Sequence record: NC_103192.1
Length of the DNA: 64,000 nt
Reading direction: 5' to 3' (one strand)
DNA from: a phage
Under the pieces are notes generated by a model, which did not search any database, was not told the origin of the DNA, and saw only the letters and a list, made by a program, of their open reading frames with translations. Positions 47,502 through 56,040 of this stretch are shown one piece after another. Position numbers and translations under genes: made by a program. Positions within the stretch are counted from its first letter, which is position 1, and every line of letters begins with the position of its first letter.

Positions 47502-47949
47502 TACTGTAGAGGGAGATTTAATCTCCCTTTTTAAGAGCGGTGCTGGTCACCTGATCCACGGTTGTAACTGCTTCCACACAATGGGTAAGGGGATAGCAAA
47601 ACAGATTGCCCGTGAGTTCCCTCAAGCATTGGCAGCTGACAAAGAGACCAGATATGGTTGCCTAAGTAAACTGGGTGCGTTCTCCCGCTGGGAGCACTTA
47701 TCTCCGAGAGGTATTGTCTACGGAATCAATCTGTATACTCAGTTCTACCCAGGACCTAATGCTGAATATTTCTCAATCCTGAAAGGCTTTGAGCTAGTCA
47801 ATAAGGTATTCAGTGGATCGACTTTACCATTCTACATCCCTAAGATCGGGTGCGGCATAGGCGGTTTGAAGTGGGAGCACGTAGAGGACGTTATTAACCT
47901 TGCCACTTTTGATATAGATATTATCGTGGTGGAGTACAAAGAGTGTTGA
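47491..47949 (+). CDS. macro domain protein, TARG1/DarG (Macro_2) type ADP-ribosyl hydrolase-like
   Basis: GDLISLF...AGHLIHGCNCFHTMGKGIAKQIAREFP and PKIGCGIGGLKWEHVEDVI align with the TARG1 motifs (GDLF...AHCIS.DCRMGAGIA; PRIGCGLDRLQWENV) as recalled; GTG start inferred. Confidence 0.7.
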   Translation: MIIDTVEGDLISLFKSGAGHLIHGCNCFHTMGKGIAKQIAREFPQALAADKETRYGCLSKLGAFSRWEHLSPRGIVYGINLYTQFYPGPNAEYFSILKGFELVNKVFSGSTLPFYIPKIGCGIGGLKWEHVEDVINLATFDIDIIVVEYKEC

Positions 47950-48003
47950 CAGATATATTTTAAGGTGGTATAGTCACCACAACGATTAAGACAGAGGAGC
48001 ACT

Positions 48004-48198
48004 ATGGAGACTAAAATCTTAATTCTAGCTGTGATAGATACAACAGAAGGAGCCATGTTTGAATCTGCAGGAGGGTATTTCTACCTGCCCTACGGAAAAA
48101 GAACTTCCGAGCCGAGTAAAGATTCAATCCTCAAAGTGTTCCCGTGTGCTTTCTGGCTGGAGATTCTGGTAGAAGATTGCAGAGGACTAGGGAGATAA
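48004..48198 (+). CDS. hypothetical protein
   Basis: 64-aa ORF after AGAGGAG. Confidence 0.4.
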   Translation: METKILILAVIDTTEGAMFESAGGYFYLPYGKRTSEPSKDSILKVFPCAFWLEILVEDCRGLGR

Positions 48199-48200
48199 TT

Positions 48201-48395
48201 ATGAGAAACAAGAAAGAGCTTTACTCTGGTGAGTGGATAAACGATCAACAGGTAGGAGAGGTAACCTGCTTCCGGTGCTTTACTCGGTACAATCTTAAAA
48301 CTGCACCAAAAAGTGTTCCAAAGACTGATGGTTATTACATAAAAGAACCTCATTGCCCAAAATGTAAATGCCGATTGTACTGGAGCAATCTGTAA
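48201..48395 (+). CDS. small zinc-ribbon protein
   Basis: CFRC...CPKCKC cysteine pairs; ATG after GGGAGA. Confidence 0.5.
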   Translation: MRNKKELYSGEWINDQQVGEVTCFRCFTRYNLKTAPKSVPKTDGYYIKEPHCPKCKCRLYWSNL

Positions 48396-48458
48396 GAGGT
48401 TGACATCTGAAAACTGTAGTGTATAATATACGCATAAACTAACAGAGAGTGATGTATT

Positions 48459-48650
48459 ATGGTAATTTTTAACCGAGATGGTATCATAGTTAGACAGCAC
48501 CCGTTCCTTGAATACTATCAAATTGAGCAATGGTGTTATGGTGATTGCAGCCATTCTTATGGGCAAAGTTGGGGATATCGTACAGTTTTTGAATCAACAG
48601 ACATTGATAAGGTAAGACAGAAAGTTTTAGAACTTATTAACAACAAGTGA
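48459..48650 (+). CDS. hypothetical protein
   Basis: 63-aa ORF downstream of a TTGACA/TATAAT promoter at 48400-48427. Confidence 0.45.
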   Translation: MVIFNRDGIIVRQHPFLEYYQIEQWCYGDCSHSYGQSWGYRTVFESTDIDKVRQKVLELINNK

Positions 48651-48657
48651 GTATGAT

Positions 48658-48990
48658 ATGGTAACATTAGAAAGACGTAAAGCTATCGCCGCCACACTGG
48701 CAGACATCTTTTGGGATTGCAACTTAAAAGATACCCGAAATTGTGGCGCATCTGTAGATGTATTATTCCCACGGCCCACCATTGTTGCAATGGGAAACCT
48801 GTTAAACGTGGTGTACGGAGCATGGGACAAAGAAGGTGGATTCTATATCTGGCAACCTGACTACGGGGCCTGGAAAGAGGTAAGGGGTGCGGATGACTTT
48901 GGGCCTACAGTTGCTAAGATGGATGGCTGGGAAATTTATGTTGGAAATGACATGAAGCTGAAAGGCGAGATTGTTTACTGGCTACCTTAA
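48658..48990 (+). CDS. hypothetical protein
   Basis: 110-aa ORF. Confidence 0.5.
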   Translation: MVTLERRKAIAATLADIFWDCNLKDTRNCGASVDVLFPRPTIVAMGNLLNVVYGAWDKEGGFYIWQPDYGAWKEVRGADDFGPTVAKMDGWEIYVGNDMKLKGEIVYWLP

Positions 48991-48999
48991 GGGTAAAGT

Positions 49000-49245
49000 A
49001 TGAACACAGAGTGGACATTTGTAGACGGCGTTAAAAACATGCCTCTTGGAAAGTATATCGTAGCCATGGCTGATAAGGATGGCAATGTGGATTTCGGAGC
49101 TTGCGAGGTTGTTCTTGCAGGATCTGGTAACTATGTGGACAAAACCGGGATAATTAACGGTCAGTTCTACTTTGATCACAACCCTGTTGTAGCGTATATG
49201 GCTATGCCAGAGTTTAAGTTCCCAAAGGAGGGTGCTGATGTTTAA
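49000..49245 (+). CDS. hypothetical protein
   Basis: 81-aa ORF. Confidence 0.5.
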   Translation: MNTEWTFVDGVKNMPLGKYIVAMADKDGNVDFGACEVVLAGSGNYVDKTGIINGQFYFDHNPVVAYMAMPEFKFPKEGADV

Positions 49246-49435
49246 GCTTAAATCCGCATGGAACATTGCTGTGGGTGATGAGATCCGTATCCCAGGGGGA
49301 AAGACCATTATGAAGATATCTCGTATCGAGTACGAAGGTGATCGTGTATTTCATATCTTTGCAGAAGATGGTCGAGAAATTTATATACAGGCAGGCTCTC
49401 ACATCTATATTCGTAAGAAAGGGGACGACAAATGA
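49238..49435 (+). CDS. hypothetical protein
   Basis: ATG 5 nt after AAAGGAGG. Confidence 0.45.
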   Translation: MFKLKSAWNIAVGDEIRIPGGKTIMKISRIEYEGDRVFHIFAEDGREIYIQAGSHIYIRKKGDDK

Positions 49436-49761
49436 CAGAGATCATCGTTTCAACTGCAGGGTATGTATTCCTGACAATCATTGCACTGACTATTTTGGTG
49501 ACAGTGTATGGGTTTGTTATCCTTCCTATCCTTGAGACATTTAGTTTGTGTCGGTGTTGGAGAAAAGCTTACGGTCCACAACCATGGAAGGACTGGCCCC
49601 ACCTGGTGCGCTTAGCGTTCTCTTATGCTTACGATCACTCCAGCAGTGCATGCATAACCGGATACCACGCCCACAACTGGAGCTGGGAAGGGTTGAGGAA
49701 ATGGAATGTTACAAAGACCATACCTCTGCGCATGTACAAACCTAAAAACAAAGACAGCTGA
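49432..49761 (+). CDS. hypothetical membrane protein
   Basis: N-terminal hydrophobic stretch VFLTIIALTILVTVYGFVILPIL. Confidence 0.5.
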   Translation: MTEIIVSTAGYVFLTIIALTILVTVYGFVILPILETFSLCRCWRKAYGPQPWKDWPHLVRLAFSYAYDHSSSACITGYHAHNWSWEGLRKWNVTKTIPLRMYKPKNKDS

Positions 49762-49799
49762 TACTTGAAAATTCCTGGCATATCAAGTATAAGGGGGAT

Positions 49800-50265
49800 T
49801 TCTAAAATGGATTTCCTCCTTTTGATATTTCACCAGGCTGGATATTTTAAAATCCTTAGAAAATCAGAAAATGGATCGAAAACTAAAATGGATTTTTTCA
49901 AGACAGGCACGATAAGCTGCGCTGCTCATTCTATCATTCGCACCGTACTTCAAATCACAGTTCCAGATTTTCCACACACACTCTCGCCCATCTAACAGGA
50001 CTTTCCCAACTTACCTTCGACCTTTTATGACAATAAGTTAATTATTATCAGTAAGTTTTGATACATCTCTCTCAGTACTCGATCTGTTTTTCATTTCAAA
50101 GATTGGATTTTCTGAAAATTTTTCTCGATAAATTTCTCAGTACTCGATCTGTTTTTCGTTTTCTGAATTGGATTTTCTGGAAATCGTTCCAGCTCTCGAC
50201 CTGAAATTTTTGGGGACGAAATCGATTTTTCGTTTTCAGAAATGGATTTTTAAAATTTCTATATG
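49800..50265. repeat. iteron-like AT-rich repeat array
   Basis: about 6 copies of (a)aatggattt(t); three imperfect tandem copies of a ~65-bp unit from 50071 containing ctcagtactcgatctgtttttc and ttggattttctg(a/g)aaat. Confidence 0.6.
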
Positions 50266-50365
50266 GGAATATTTTAGTGGATACTATTTTATAGGAAATT
50301 GTTACGGAGGGTAATTAGCATGCTAACTAAATTTATTAAATGCGAAAAGTTCTCATTTAGAATTT

Positions 50366-50690
50366 TGAATGATAATCATTCTCGTTTGCAGAATAACGGG
50401 CACCCCCGGTGATTGTCTCCCGGCCCCTGTTGCCCCGGCTTGTTATTATAGTATCACACAGGACAAAGAAAGCAAAGACTTTTTGCATAAATTTTTAAAT
50501 GATAATGATAACCGTTCTCATTTTATGCAGCGCCCATCCCCGGTGGTTGTCTCCCCCGTCACCGGTGCCTGCCGTCCTTTCGATAGGTATATTGTGCCAC
50601 CTGGCGGGGCCGCTGTCAACACTTTTCAAAAAAAAAAAATTCTAACCTGATGCGCTAACCGTTGCAACCTGGCGGGGCCAGCCTGGCAGG
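50366..50690. repeat. GC-rich repeat family (copies A1, A2 plus acctggcgggg motifs)
   Basis: aatgataat...gttctc...cccccggtg(a/g)ttgtctccc repeated at about 50366 and 50495; acctggcgggg at 50598, 50667, 50863; inverted copy at 59727-59767. Confidence 0.5.
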
Positions 50691-50986
50691 TCCGCGCTAT
50701 AAAGTAAGCAGCTACAGAAGAGGTACAAAAATGAAAAGTAATATAATCCCCTGGAAAATGTAGCGATCAATGCCGCTGAAGTTATCGCCCTGGTTGAAAA
50801 GGCTATGGCGGGAGCGTTGGAACATAAAGAAGAGTACGAAAAAATGGTGGTTAACCTGGCGGGGGGCGGCAGGTGGATTCTATCATAAAAATAATTTAAA
50901 ATAGTCGTTGACAACAAGGTTAATCATGGTATTATTACCCTACAAGGTGAACAACACCACACTAATTAACAGAGAGGATAAAAATC

Positions 50987-51184
50987 ATGAACGCCTACGG
51001 AATTAAAGTACGTCGCAACACTCGCCAGGTGGTCACCGATCAAATGGTTTGCCGGGTGGATGTAACCATCAACAACGGGCAAGGCCTTTATAAATTCTGT
51101 CGCGGTCAGAGCTATACCCTGCAACAGCTTAATCGTTGCGCCCTGACAAAAGGTCAGATCAACCACTGGTTTAATAAAAAATAA
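50987..51184 (+). CDS. hypothetical protein
   Basis: 65-aa ORF with GAGAGGA upstream and a TTGACA-type promoter at about 50907. Confidence 0.5.
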   Translation: MNAYGIKVRRNTRQVVTDQMVCRVDVTINNGQGLYKFCRGQSYTLQQLNRCALTKGQINHWFNKK

Positions 51185-51248
51185 ATATTGACATGTAGTC
51201 TGAAACAAAACATACTGAAAGCACAAAAGGCACTAAGAGGATAAAATC

Positions 51249-51647
51249 ATGAAAACCACAACCTTTAATTTTGACAATGCTGACTTCTCTTTTTCTGATG
51301 TTAAAAGCTGCCGCCGTGATCGCGGATTCTACAAGGCCTATAATCTGGTTGGCCTGGACGATGATAATAATTTGCACGAAGTAGCGGAGATCCGGTACTA
51401 TGCCGCCGCCAGCGGTAACACTCACTACTGCGTTTTTTGGATACACGACAACAAGAACAATAAGTACGGTTATACTGGCGGCAAGGCGAGCGGTCACGGT
51501 TATGATAAAGCTAACGCAGCACTTGAGAGCGCATTAAATGCTATGGGGATCACTGCCGACGGCTGGATCTACGAAGAAGGGTTTTTGTCGGCACTTGCTG
51601 ACCACCTAGGCTATAAAAAGCACATTGTAACATGTGCCCACGAATAA
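51249..51647 (+). CDS. hypothetical protein
   Basis: 132-aa ORF after AGAGGA. Confidence 0.55.
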   Translation: MKTTTFNFDNADFSFSDVKSCRRDRGFYKAYNLVGLDDDNNLHEVAEIRYYAAASGNTHYCVFWIHDNKNNKYGYTGGKASGHGYDKANAALESALNAMGITADGWIYEEGFLSALADHLGYKKHIVTCAHE

Positions 51648-51735
51648 AAAAAAAAATTATTGACACGCTGCAAAATTCAAGTAAACTATGCACAAAAGGC
51701 GGGAATGTTTCCCGCCAACACAAAGGAAAAAGATC

Positions 51736-52131
51736 ATGAATAAGAACGTACGCCGCATCATGAACGAACTGGCAAACGATGAAAAAATTATTGACATGCA
51801 TTTAGTCAACATTTGCCGCCGTTGTGTAACATATAACAACCGCGCCGCAAAAGCGCGTGAGATGAACGCAAAAGGCACCTTAAAGCCCTTTCAGGTGGTT
51901 GTAAAATCTATAACTAATGCAGCAGGCCAGGCGCATGACCACAACAACGAGAGCGCTAATATTGATCCGTCTTACGTAATGAAACGGATCCGGACTTGCA
52001 AGAATAAAGAGCAGGTGTATAACGTCATAGATTGGCTGGACTCCCTGGGCGATGTGGTTTACAATAGGTTTTCTGCAGCTATCGAGATCCAGCTTGACAG
52101 ATTGGACGGGAAAGTACTAAAAACTTATTGA
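51736..52131 (+). CDS. hypothetical protein
   Basis: ATG after AAGGAAAAAG; preceded by promoter and hairpin ggcgggaatgtttcccgcc. Confidence 0.55.
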   Translation: MNKNVRRIMNELANDEKIIDMHLVNICRRCVTYNNRAAKAREMNAKGTLKPFQVVVKSITNAAGQAHDHNNESANIDPSYVMKRIRTCKNKEQVYNVIDWLDSLGDVVYNRFSAAIEIQLDRLDGKVLKTY

Positions 52132-52178
52132 GTTTATTTTTAGATGGCCTTGACACCAGGGCCATCAATAAAGTAAAC
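52132..52178 (+). promoter_or_regulatory. repeated promoter/operator cassette, copy 1
   Basis: tttatttttagATGGCCttgacaccagGGCCATcaataaagtaaac: -35 TTGACA inside a 6-bp-arm inverted repeat. Confidence 0.5.
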
Positions 52179-52210
52179 TAATCTCAGTTAGGCTAAAAGG
52201 AGGCTTGAAG

Positions 52211-52330
52211 ATGAGCACTACACGCCAGCACACAAAGGTAACCATCATCGTTTGCATCATTGGTTACATCCTGGCGCAAATGTTGATGGGTAGCGCCAAT
52301 GATTTCGCAAAATTTTTCTTAAACTTCTAA
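52211..52330 (+). CDS. small hydrophobic peptide (39 aa, below ORF-track cutoff)
   Basis: ATG after AAAAGGAGG; MSTTRQHTKVTIIVCIIGYILAQMLMGSANDFAKFFLNF. Confidence 0.4.
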   Translation: MSTTRQHTKVTIIVCIIGYILAQMLMGSANDFAKFFLNF

Positions 52331-52358
52331 TTGACAAGCTAACTTAAATCAGTATAAT
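52331..52358 (+). promoter_or_regulatory. sigma70-type promoter
   Basis: TTGACA (52331-52336), 16-nt spacer, TATAAT (52353-52358); followed by leader hairpin and the gene at 52411. Confidence 0.6.
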
Positions 52359-52410
52359 ACTAAGCACATAAACGGGAAAACTTCCCAGAACACCAAAAGG
52401 AGAAAACATT

Positions 52411-52761
52411 ATGAATACTTCCATCACTATGACCGCCGAAGAAAAAGCCCTGCAGATCGCCGCTCTGAAAAAACAGATTGCAGAACTTGAAGACAAGATC
52501 GACAATTTTGAAATCGACGAAGACAAACACGACGATAAATATGATGAATGGTTAGACGAGATCTACGGCGAAATCATGATCGGAAACATTTCTTTTCTTC
52601 CGTCGCGTATCCTCAAGGAGCTAGATCCTATCGCTTACCGCTGCGGATTTAGCGACTACATCGACAGCCTAGATATTGAGGACGATGAAGAATACCAGGA
52701 ATTGCAGACAGAGCTCGAAGAAGTGAAAGAGGAGCTTTCAGAGCTGGAAGAAAACGAGTAA
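52411..52761 (+). CDS. highly acidic coiled-coil protein (candidate DNA mimic)
   Basis: 116 aa, rich in D/E (IEDDEEYQELQTELEEVKEELSELEENE). Confidence 0.6.
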   Translation: MNTSITMTAEEKALQIAALKKQIAELEDKIDNFEIDEDKHDDKYDEWLDEIYGEIMIGNISFLPSRILKELDPIAYRCGFSDYIDSLDIEDDEEYQELQTELEEVKEELSELEENE

Positions 52762-52808
52762 ATTTATTTTTAGATGGCCTTGACACCAGGGCCATCAATA
52801 AAGTAAAC
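52762..52808 (+). promoter_or_regulatory. repeated promoter/operator cassette, copy 2
   Basis: identical to copy 1 over about 47 nt; immediately follows a stop codon. Confidence 0.5.
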
Positions 52809-52850
52809 TTTATACTGTTAACACTTAACCAATACAGAGGAGTTAAAACC

Positions 52851-53096
52851 ATGGCCGCACTAATTACCAAATATTATGCCCCTACCAACACCAAAAGCGC
52901 CCGTATCATGGTAAAAGGCTTCGGACGTAAAAAGGTGTACACCTGGGATTATTCCCTAGACATGGAAGACAACTACACCAACGCGATGACAGATTTTATT
53001 AATGAGCTGAACACGCGGATCTTGACAAATTATAAAATTACCGATATTGCCTATGTAGGGGAAGGCGGGATCTGTTTTGTCGGTATCGTCAAATAA
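52851..53096 (+). CDS. hypothetical protein
   Basis: 81-aa ORF after AGAGGAG. Confidence 0.5.
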   Translation: MAALITKYYAPTNTKSARIMVKGFGRKKVYTWDYSLDMEDNYTNAMTDFINELNTRILTNYKITDIAYVGEGGICFVGIVK

Positions 53097-53172
53097 ACTG
53101 TTTTTTCGGTGGTCCTGGTAGCAGGGCCATCTATAAAGATAGTTTATCAACACAATGAAAGGAGAAAGTAAC

Positions 53173-53520
53173 ATGATCAGCGGGGCAAGTTTTATTATTG
53201 GCGCTATTGCTACGGCTTTAATTGTAAACAAGATCCAGGATAAAAAGGAAAGTACCGCCCTTGCAGAATATCCATTTTGGACATTCAACGATAATGAAGA
53301 TTATATTGTAAAGTATAAAAATAAAGAAGGTGACCAAGTAACACCGCGACCGATCCCGGCTTACAAAATGCAGGAAACACTGTACCGCCTGGAAGCGGGG
53401 GGCGCAAAAATTGTAGACTTTTGGGGATACGATCACACAGATCAGGAAGTTATAAAGCGCCGTATCCGGGCTATTCAGGCCAATATCGAAGTTAGTAAGG
53501 GGGGAATATATGAAGATTAA
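53173..53520 (+). CDS. hypothetical membrane protein
   Basis: ATG after AAAGGAGAAAG; N-terminal hydrophobic segment. Confidence 0.5.
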   Translation: MISGASFIIGAIATALIVNKIQDKKESTALAEYPFWTFNDNEDYIVKYKNKEGDQVTPRPIPAYKMQETLYRLEAGGAKIVDFWGYDHTDQEVIKRRIRAIQANIEVSKGGIYED

Positions 53521-53707
53521 TTTTGAAAAGATTGTAAAGCGATCTCATGATTCCGAAGAGCTGCCGGAACGCCGCCAGCGTAACAATAAACTGAATAAGC
53601 CAAAAAGATTTGGGAAGATCTGGCGGAATCATTATGATCGCAAATTACCGGGCCTGCTTTTGGAACGTGAACGACAGGCGGAACGATACCGCCACAAAGG
53701 CAAATAA
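53510..53707 (+). CDS. small basic protein
   Basis: 65-aa Arg/Lys-rich ORF. Confidence 0.45.
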   Translation: MKINFEKIVKRSHDSEELPERRQRNNKLNKPKRFGKIWRNHYDRKLPGLLLERERQAERYRHKGK

Positions 53708-53715
53708 CAACCAAC

Positions 53716-53741
53716 GCCCCGCCATTGTGCGGGGCTTTTTA
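53716..53741 (+). terminator. intrinsic terminator
   Basis: gccccgccattgtgcggggc followed by tttttatttc. Confidence 0.65.
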
Positions 53742-53952
53742 TTTCTATCCTACGAATAGCGCCCCTGGTTGGCCCCACAAACGCCACAAAAGCCCCTACC
53801 TATGCAATCCCCTTTCTTAATCTGAAAACATCACCCAGGGCCGTTTTATGGCGTTAAAAATATTATTGACAGTTATTTTATTTAAAGCTTGACACCTTGG
53901 AATAGTCCGGATATACTAGCCACATCAAAGCAAGAAGGAAGGAGTAAACGCC

Positions 53953-54213
53953 ATGCGTAAATTGAAAAATTTTGATAAGGTCGATGCAGTACTAAATAAT
54001 TTTTACTACTGCAATAATAAAGCCGTTTGGTGGCGTGATAGTTCCACCGATAAAGTTAAAGCGCGCTTTCTCCAGGGGCACTGGCAAGGCCGCCCAGTGA
54101 TTAAAATCTTGGGGCAATTGGTAGCGTTTAAAAATTGCCGCCGTGTTGATGACGTTGAAGAGATTTTAAACATTTTGCGCCACAATAATTTAAAAAATAG
54201 TGTTGACAAGTAA
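53953..54213 (+). CDS. hypothetical protein
   Basis: 86-aa ORF after GGAAGGAG. Confidence 0.5.
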   Translation: MRKLKNFDKVDAVLNNFYYCNNKAVWWRDSSTDKVKARFLQGHWQGRPVIKILGQLVAFKNCRRVDDVEEILNILRHNNLKNSVDK

Positions 54214-54285
54214 GTATCAATAAGTATACTTAAACACAGGCGGGAAAACTTCCCGCCACTAACAAAGAAAATAGGAGAAAATATC

Positions 54286-54909
54286 ATGACCACCGTTAAC
54301 ATTACCACAGGTTACAATTTAGCTTTCGACGTGCTGACCGACGAACAAAAAGAAAAAGCCGTTGAAATGGTCCGAGAAAGAGAAGAACACAGCGGGGATA
54401 ACTTTTTTGCAGAAAGTGTAATTGAAGACTATAAAGAATATGTCTTTCCAGAGTATGGCCTTGAAGATACCAAGGTACATTGGTCCGGCTTTTGGTGTCA
54501 GGGTGACGGCGCGTCAATCAGTGCGGAAAACGTGGATTTAGAAAAATTCTTGCGTAAAGTCAAGTCTCTGACTAAATTTCGCTCAATTCGTCACTTGTTC
54601 GGCACAATGCACGATGGCGAACTATCCGCAAGTGTTGAGCGTGATCCATATAGCCGCTATAGCCACGAAAACACTGTAAACGGGTACATCGATACTACAT
54701 GGCTAGACCTGACCGCCAAACAAGAAGATAAAGTGGAAGATTTGGAAGAACTGATCACCGAGACGGTACGGGAGCTATCCCGCAAGGTTTACGTAGACTT
54801 GGAAGCGGCCTATTTGGAGCAATTCACATCTGAAAACCTGATCAACCTTATTAAGGACAATGATTGGCGGTTTGATGTAGATGAACATGGCGAGATGACT
54901 TTTTCATAA
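54286..54909 (+). CDS. hypothetical protein
   Basis: 207-aa ORF after ATAGGAGA; preceded by promoter and hairpin ggcgggaaaacttcccgcc. Confidence 0.55.
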   Translation: MTTVNITTGYNLAFDVLTDEQKEKAVEMVREREEHSGDNFFAESVIEDYKEYVFPEYGLEDTKVHWSGFWCQGDGASISAENVDLEKFLRKVKSLTKFRSIRHLFGTMHDGELSASVERDPYSRYSHENTVNGYIDTTWLDLTAKQEDKVEDLEELITETVRELSRKVYVDLEAAYLEQFTSENLINLIKDNDWRFDVDEHGEMTFS

Positions 54910-54998
54910 ATAAAGTGTTGCAATAACCTAAAAACCTGCTATATTAAAACTCAAGGGGGCAAGACGTTTGCCCCACACAAAACAAAGAGGAAAACATT

Positions 54999-55379
54999 AT
55001 GAAAAACACTACTAAAGCTATTGACACCGTTATGTTTAACCTGGTTACCTTTCGCGAGGATATGAAAGATCTTCCACGTGAAACAGTGTGCGATCACATT
55101 GAAAACTATCGCAAACTAATCAAAGAGTTGCCTTTAAAACGTGACCAGTATGCGGCTAACGCTATGCTCAACGCCATGATCAAAAAGATGATTCAGTGTG
55201 ATTTAACCCTGGCCTATGATTATGCAGGTGGTCGTTTTGCAGTATATAATCAGCCCGTGCCTGGTATGGGCACCACCGAAGAATTGCACGCGCTCAATCT
55301 AAAACAAGACGTGTGGGATAGTATGCCTCGCGTGGTGGTGTGGGCAGAAAGCGGAAAGATTTACGGCGATAATTTTTAA
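54999..55379 (+). CDS. hypothetical protein
   Basis: 126-aa ORF after AAAGAGGA. Confidence 0.55.
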   Translation: MKNTTKAIDTVMFNLVTFREDMKDLPRETVCDHIENYRKLIKELPLKRDQYAANAMLNAMIKKMIQCDLTLAYDYAGGRFAVYNQPVPGMGTTEELHALNLKQDVWDSMPRVVVWAESGKIYGDNF

Positions 55380-55445
55380 TCAAGAACAGACGGCGGCATA
55401 TTTGCCGCCTTATTGTTAAACAGAACTGCAAAAGAGGTACATAGA

Positions 55446-55817
55446 ATGGAATTTATTATTTTGGCTGTATTAGTTGCCTTGTTTAACGCCTGGATCGCTG
55501 GCAAGATGGGTAGATCCGCCTTTTTATGGTTTATTATATCTATTTTCCTGGGGGTGGTTGCAACTATTGTATTAGTTATCCTTGCAATTGTTGACAAGGG
55601 CGATAATAGAAAGGGTAAAGTATTTTCAGACCTGTACGACGCTCAAACGTTTGTCAACGCATATTATAGTGATCTTCCAGTCTCCCTACGCTGCAGCCTG
55701 GCACAACAAGTTTTCGATGAGGCTAAAACCAGAGATCAAGCCCATGAGATATGTTTAACTGAGGCGGATCGCCTATTTGAGAGGAATAGAAAATATGTGG
55801 GCCAACCGTTTAAATAA
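55446..55817 (+). CDS. hypothetical membrane protein
   Basis: two hydrophobic segments at N-terminus; ATG after AGAGG. Confidence 0.5.
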   Translation: MEFIILAVLVALFNAWIAGKMGRSAFLWFIISIFLGVVATIVLVILAIVDKGDNRKGKVFSDLYDAQTFVNAYYSDLPVSLRCSLAQQVFDEAKTRDQAHEICLTEADRLFERNRKYVGQPFK

Positions 55818-56040
55818 TGCCACGTTAATTAATCCCTTTAGTGAAGATTTGAAGCCAGCCGCCTGGCGTGATGGATTCAATACCGAACGCTTTATTTTCA
55901 GGCCTGATCTTGAGGAATTTTATAACAATGGATCGAACAACGACAGAGATAATTTTTCTTGTGATGTGCGTAGTGATGGTACTCCTGGGGGCCATTGTAA
56001 ACCACGTCACTACTACCAGGAGGAAAGGGGGAGACGATGA
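55795..56040 (+). CDS. hypothetical protein
   Basis: ATG after GAGAGGAA. Confidence 0.45.
   Translation: MWANRLNNATLINPFSEDLKPAAWRDGFNTERFIFRPDLEEFYNNGSNNDRDNFSCDVRSDGTPGGHCKPRHYYQEERGRR

Noticed and set aside
50071-50265. Possible CRISPR array
   Set aside because: Repeat units are about 65 bp, contiguous and imperfect, with no unique spacers of regular length and no cas genes; consistent with iterons or tandem repeats, not CRISPR.
50369-50917. ORFs 50369-50650 (+) and 50642-50917 (-) as protein-coding genes
   Set aside because: They overlap the GC-rich repeat elements, lack Shine-Dalgarno sequences and contain homopolymer tracts (an A12 run at 50628-50640); more likely non-coding.
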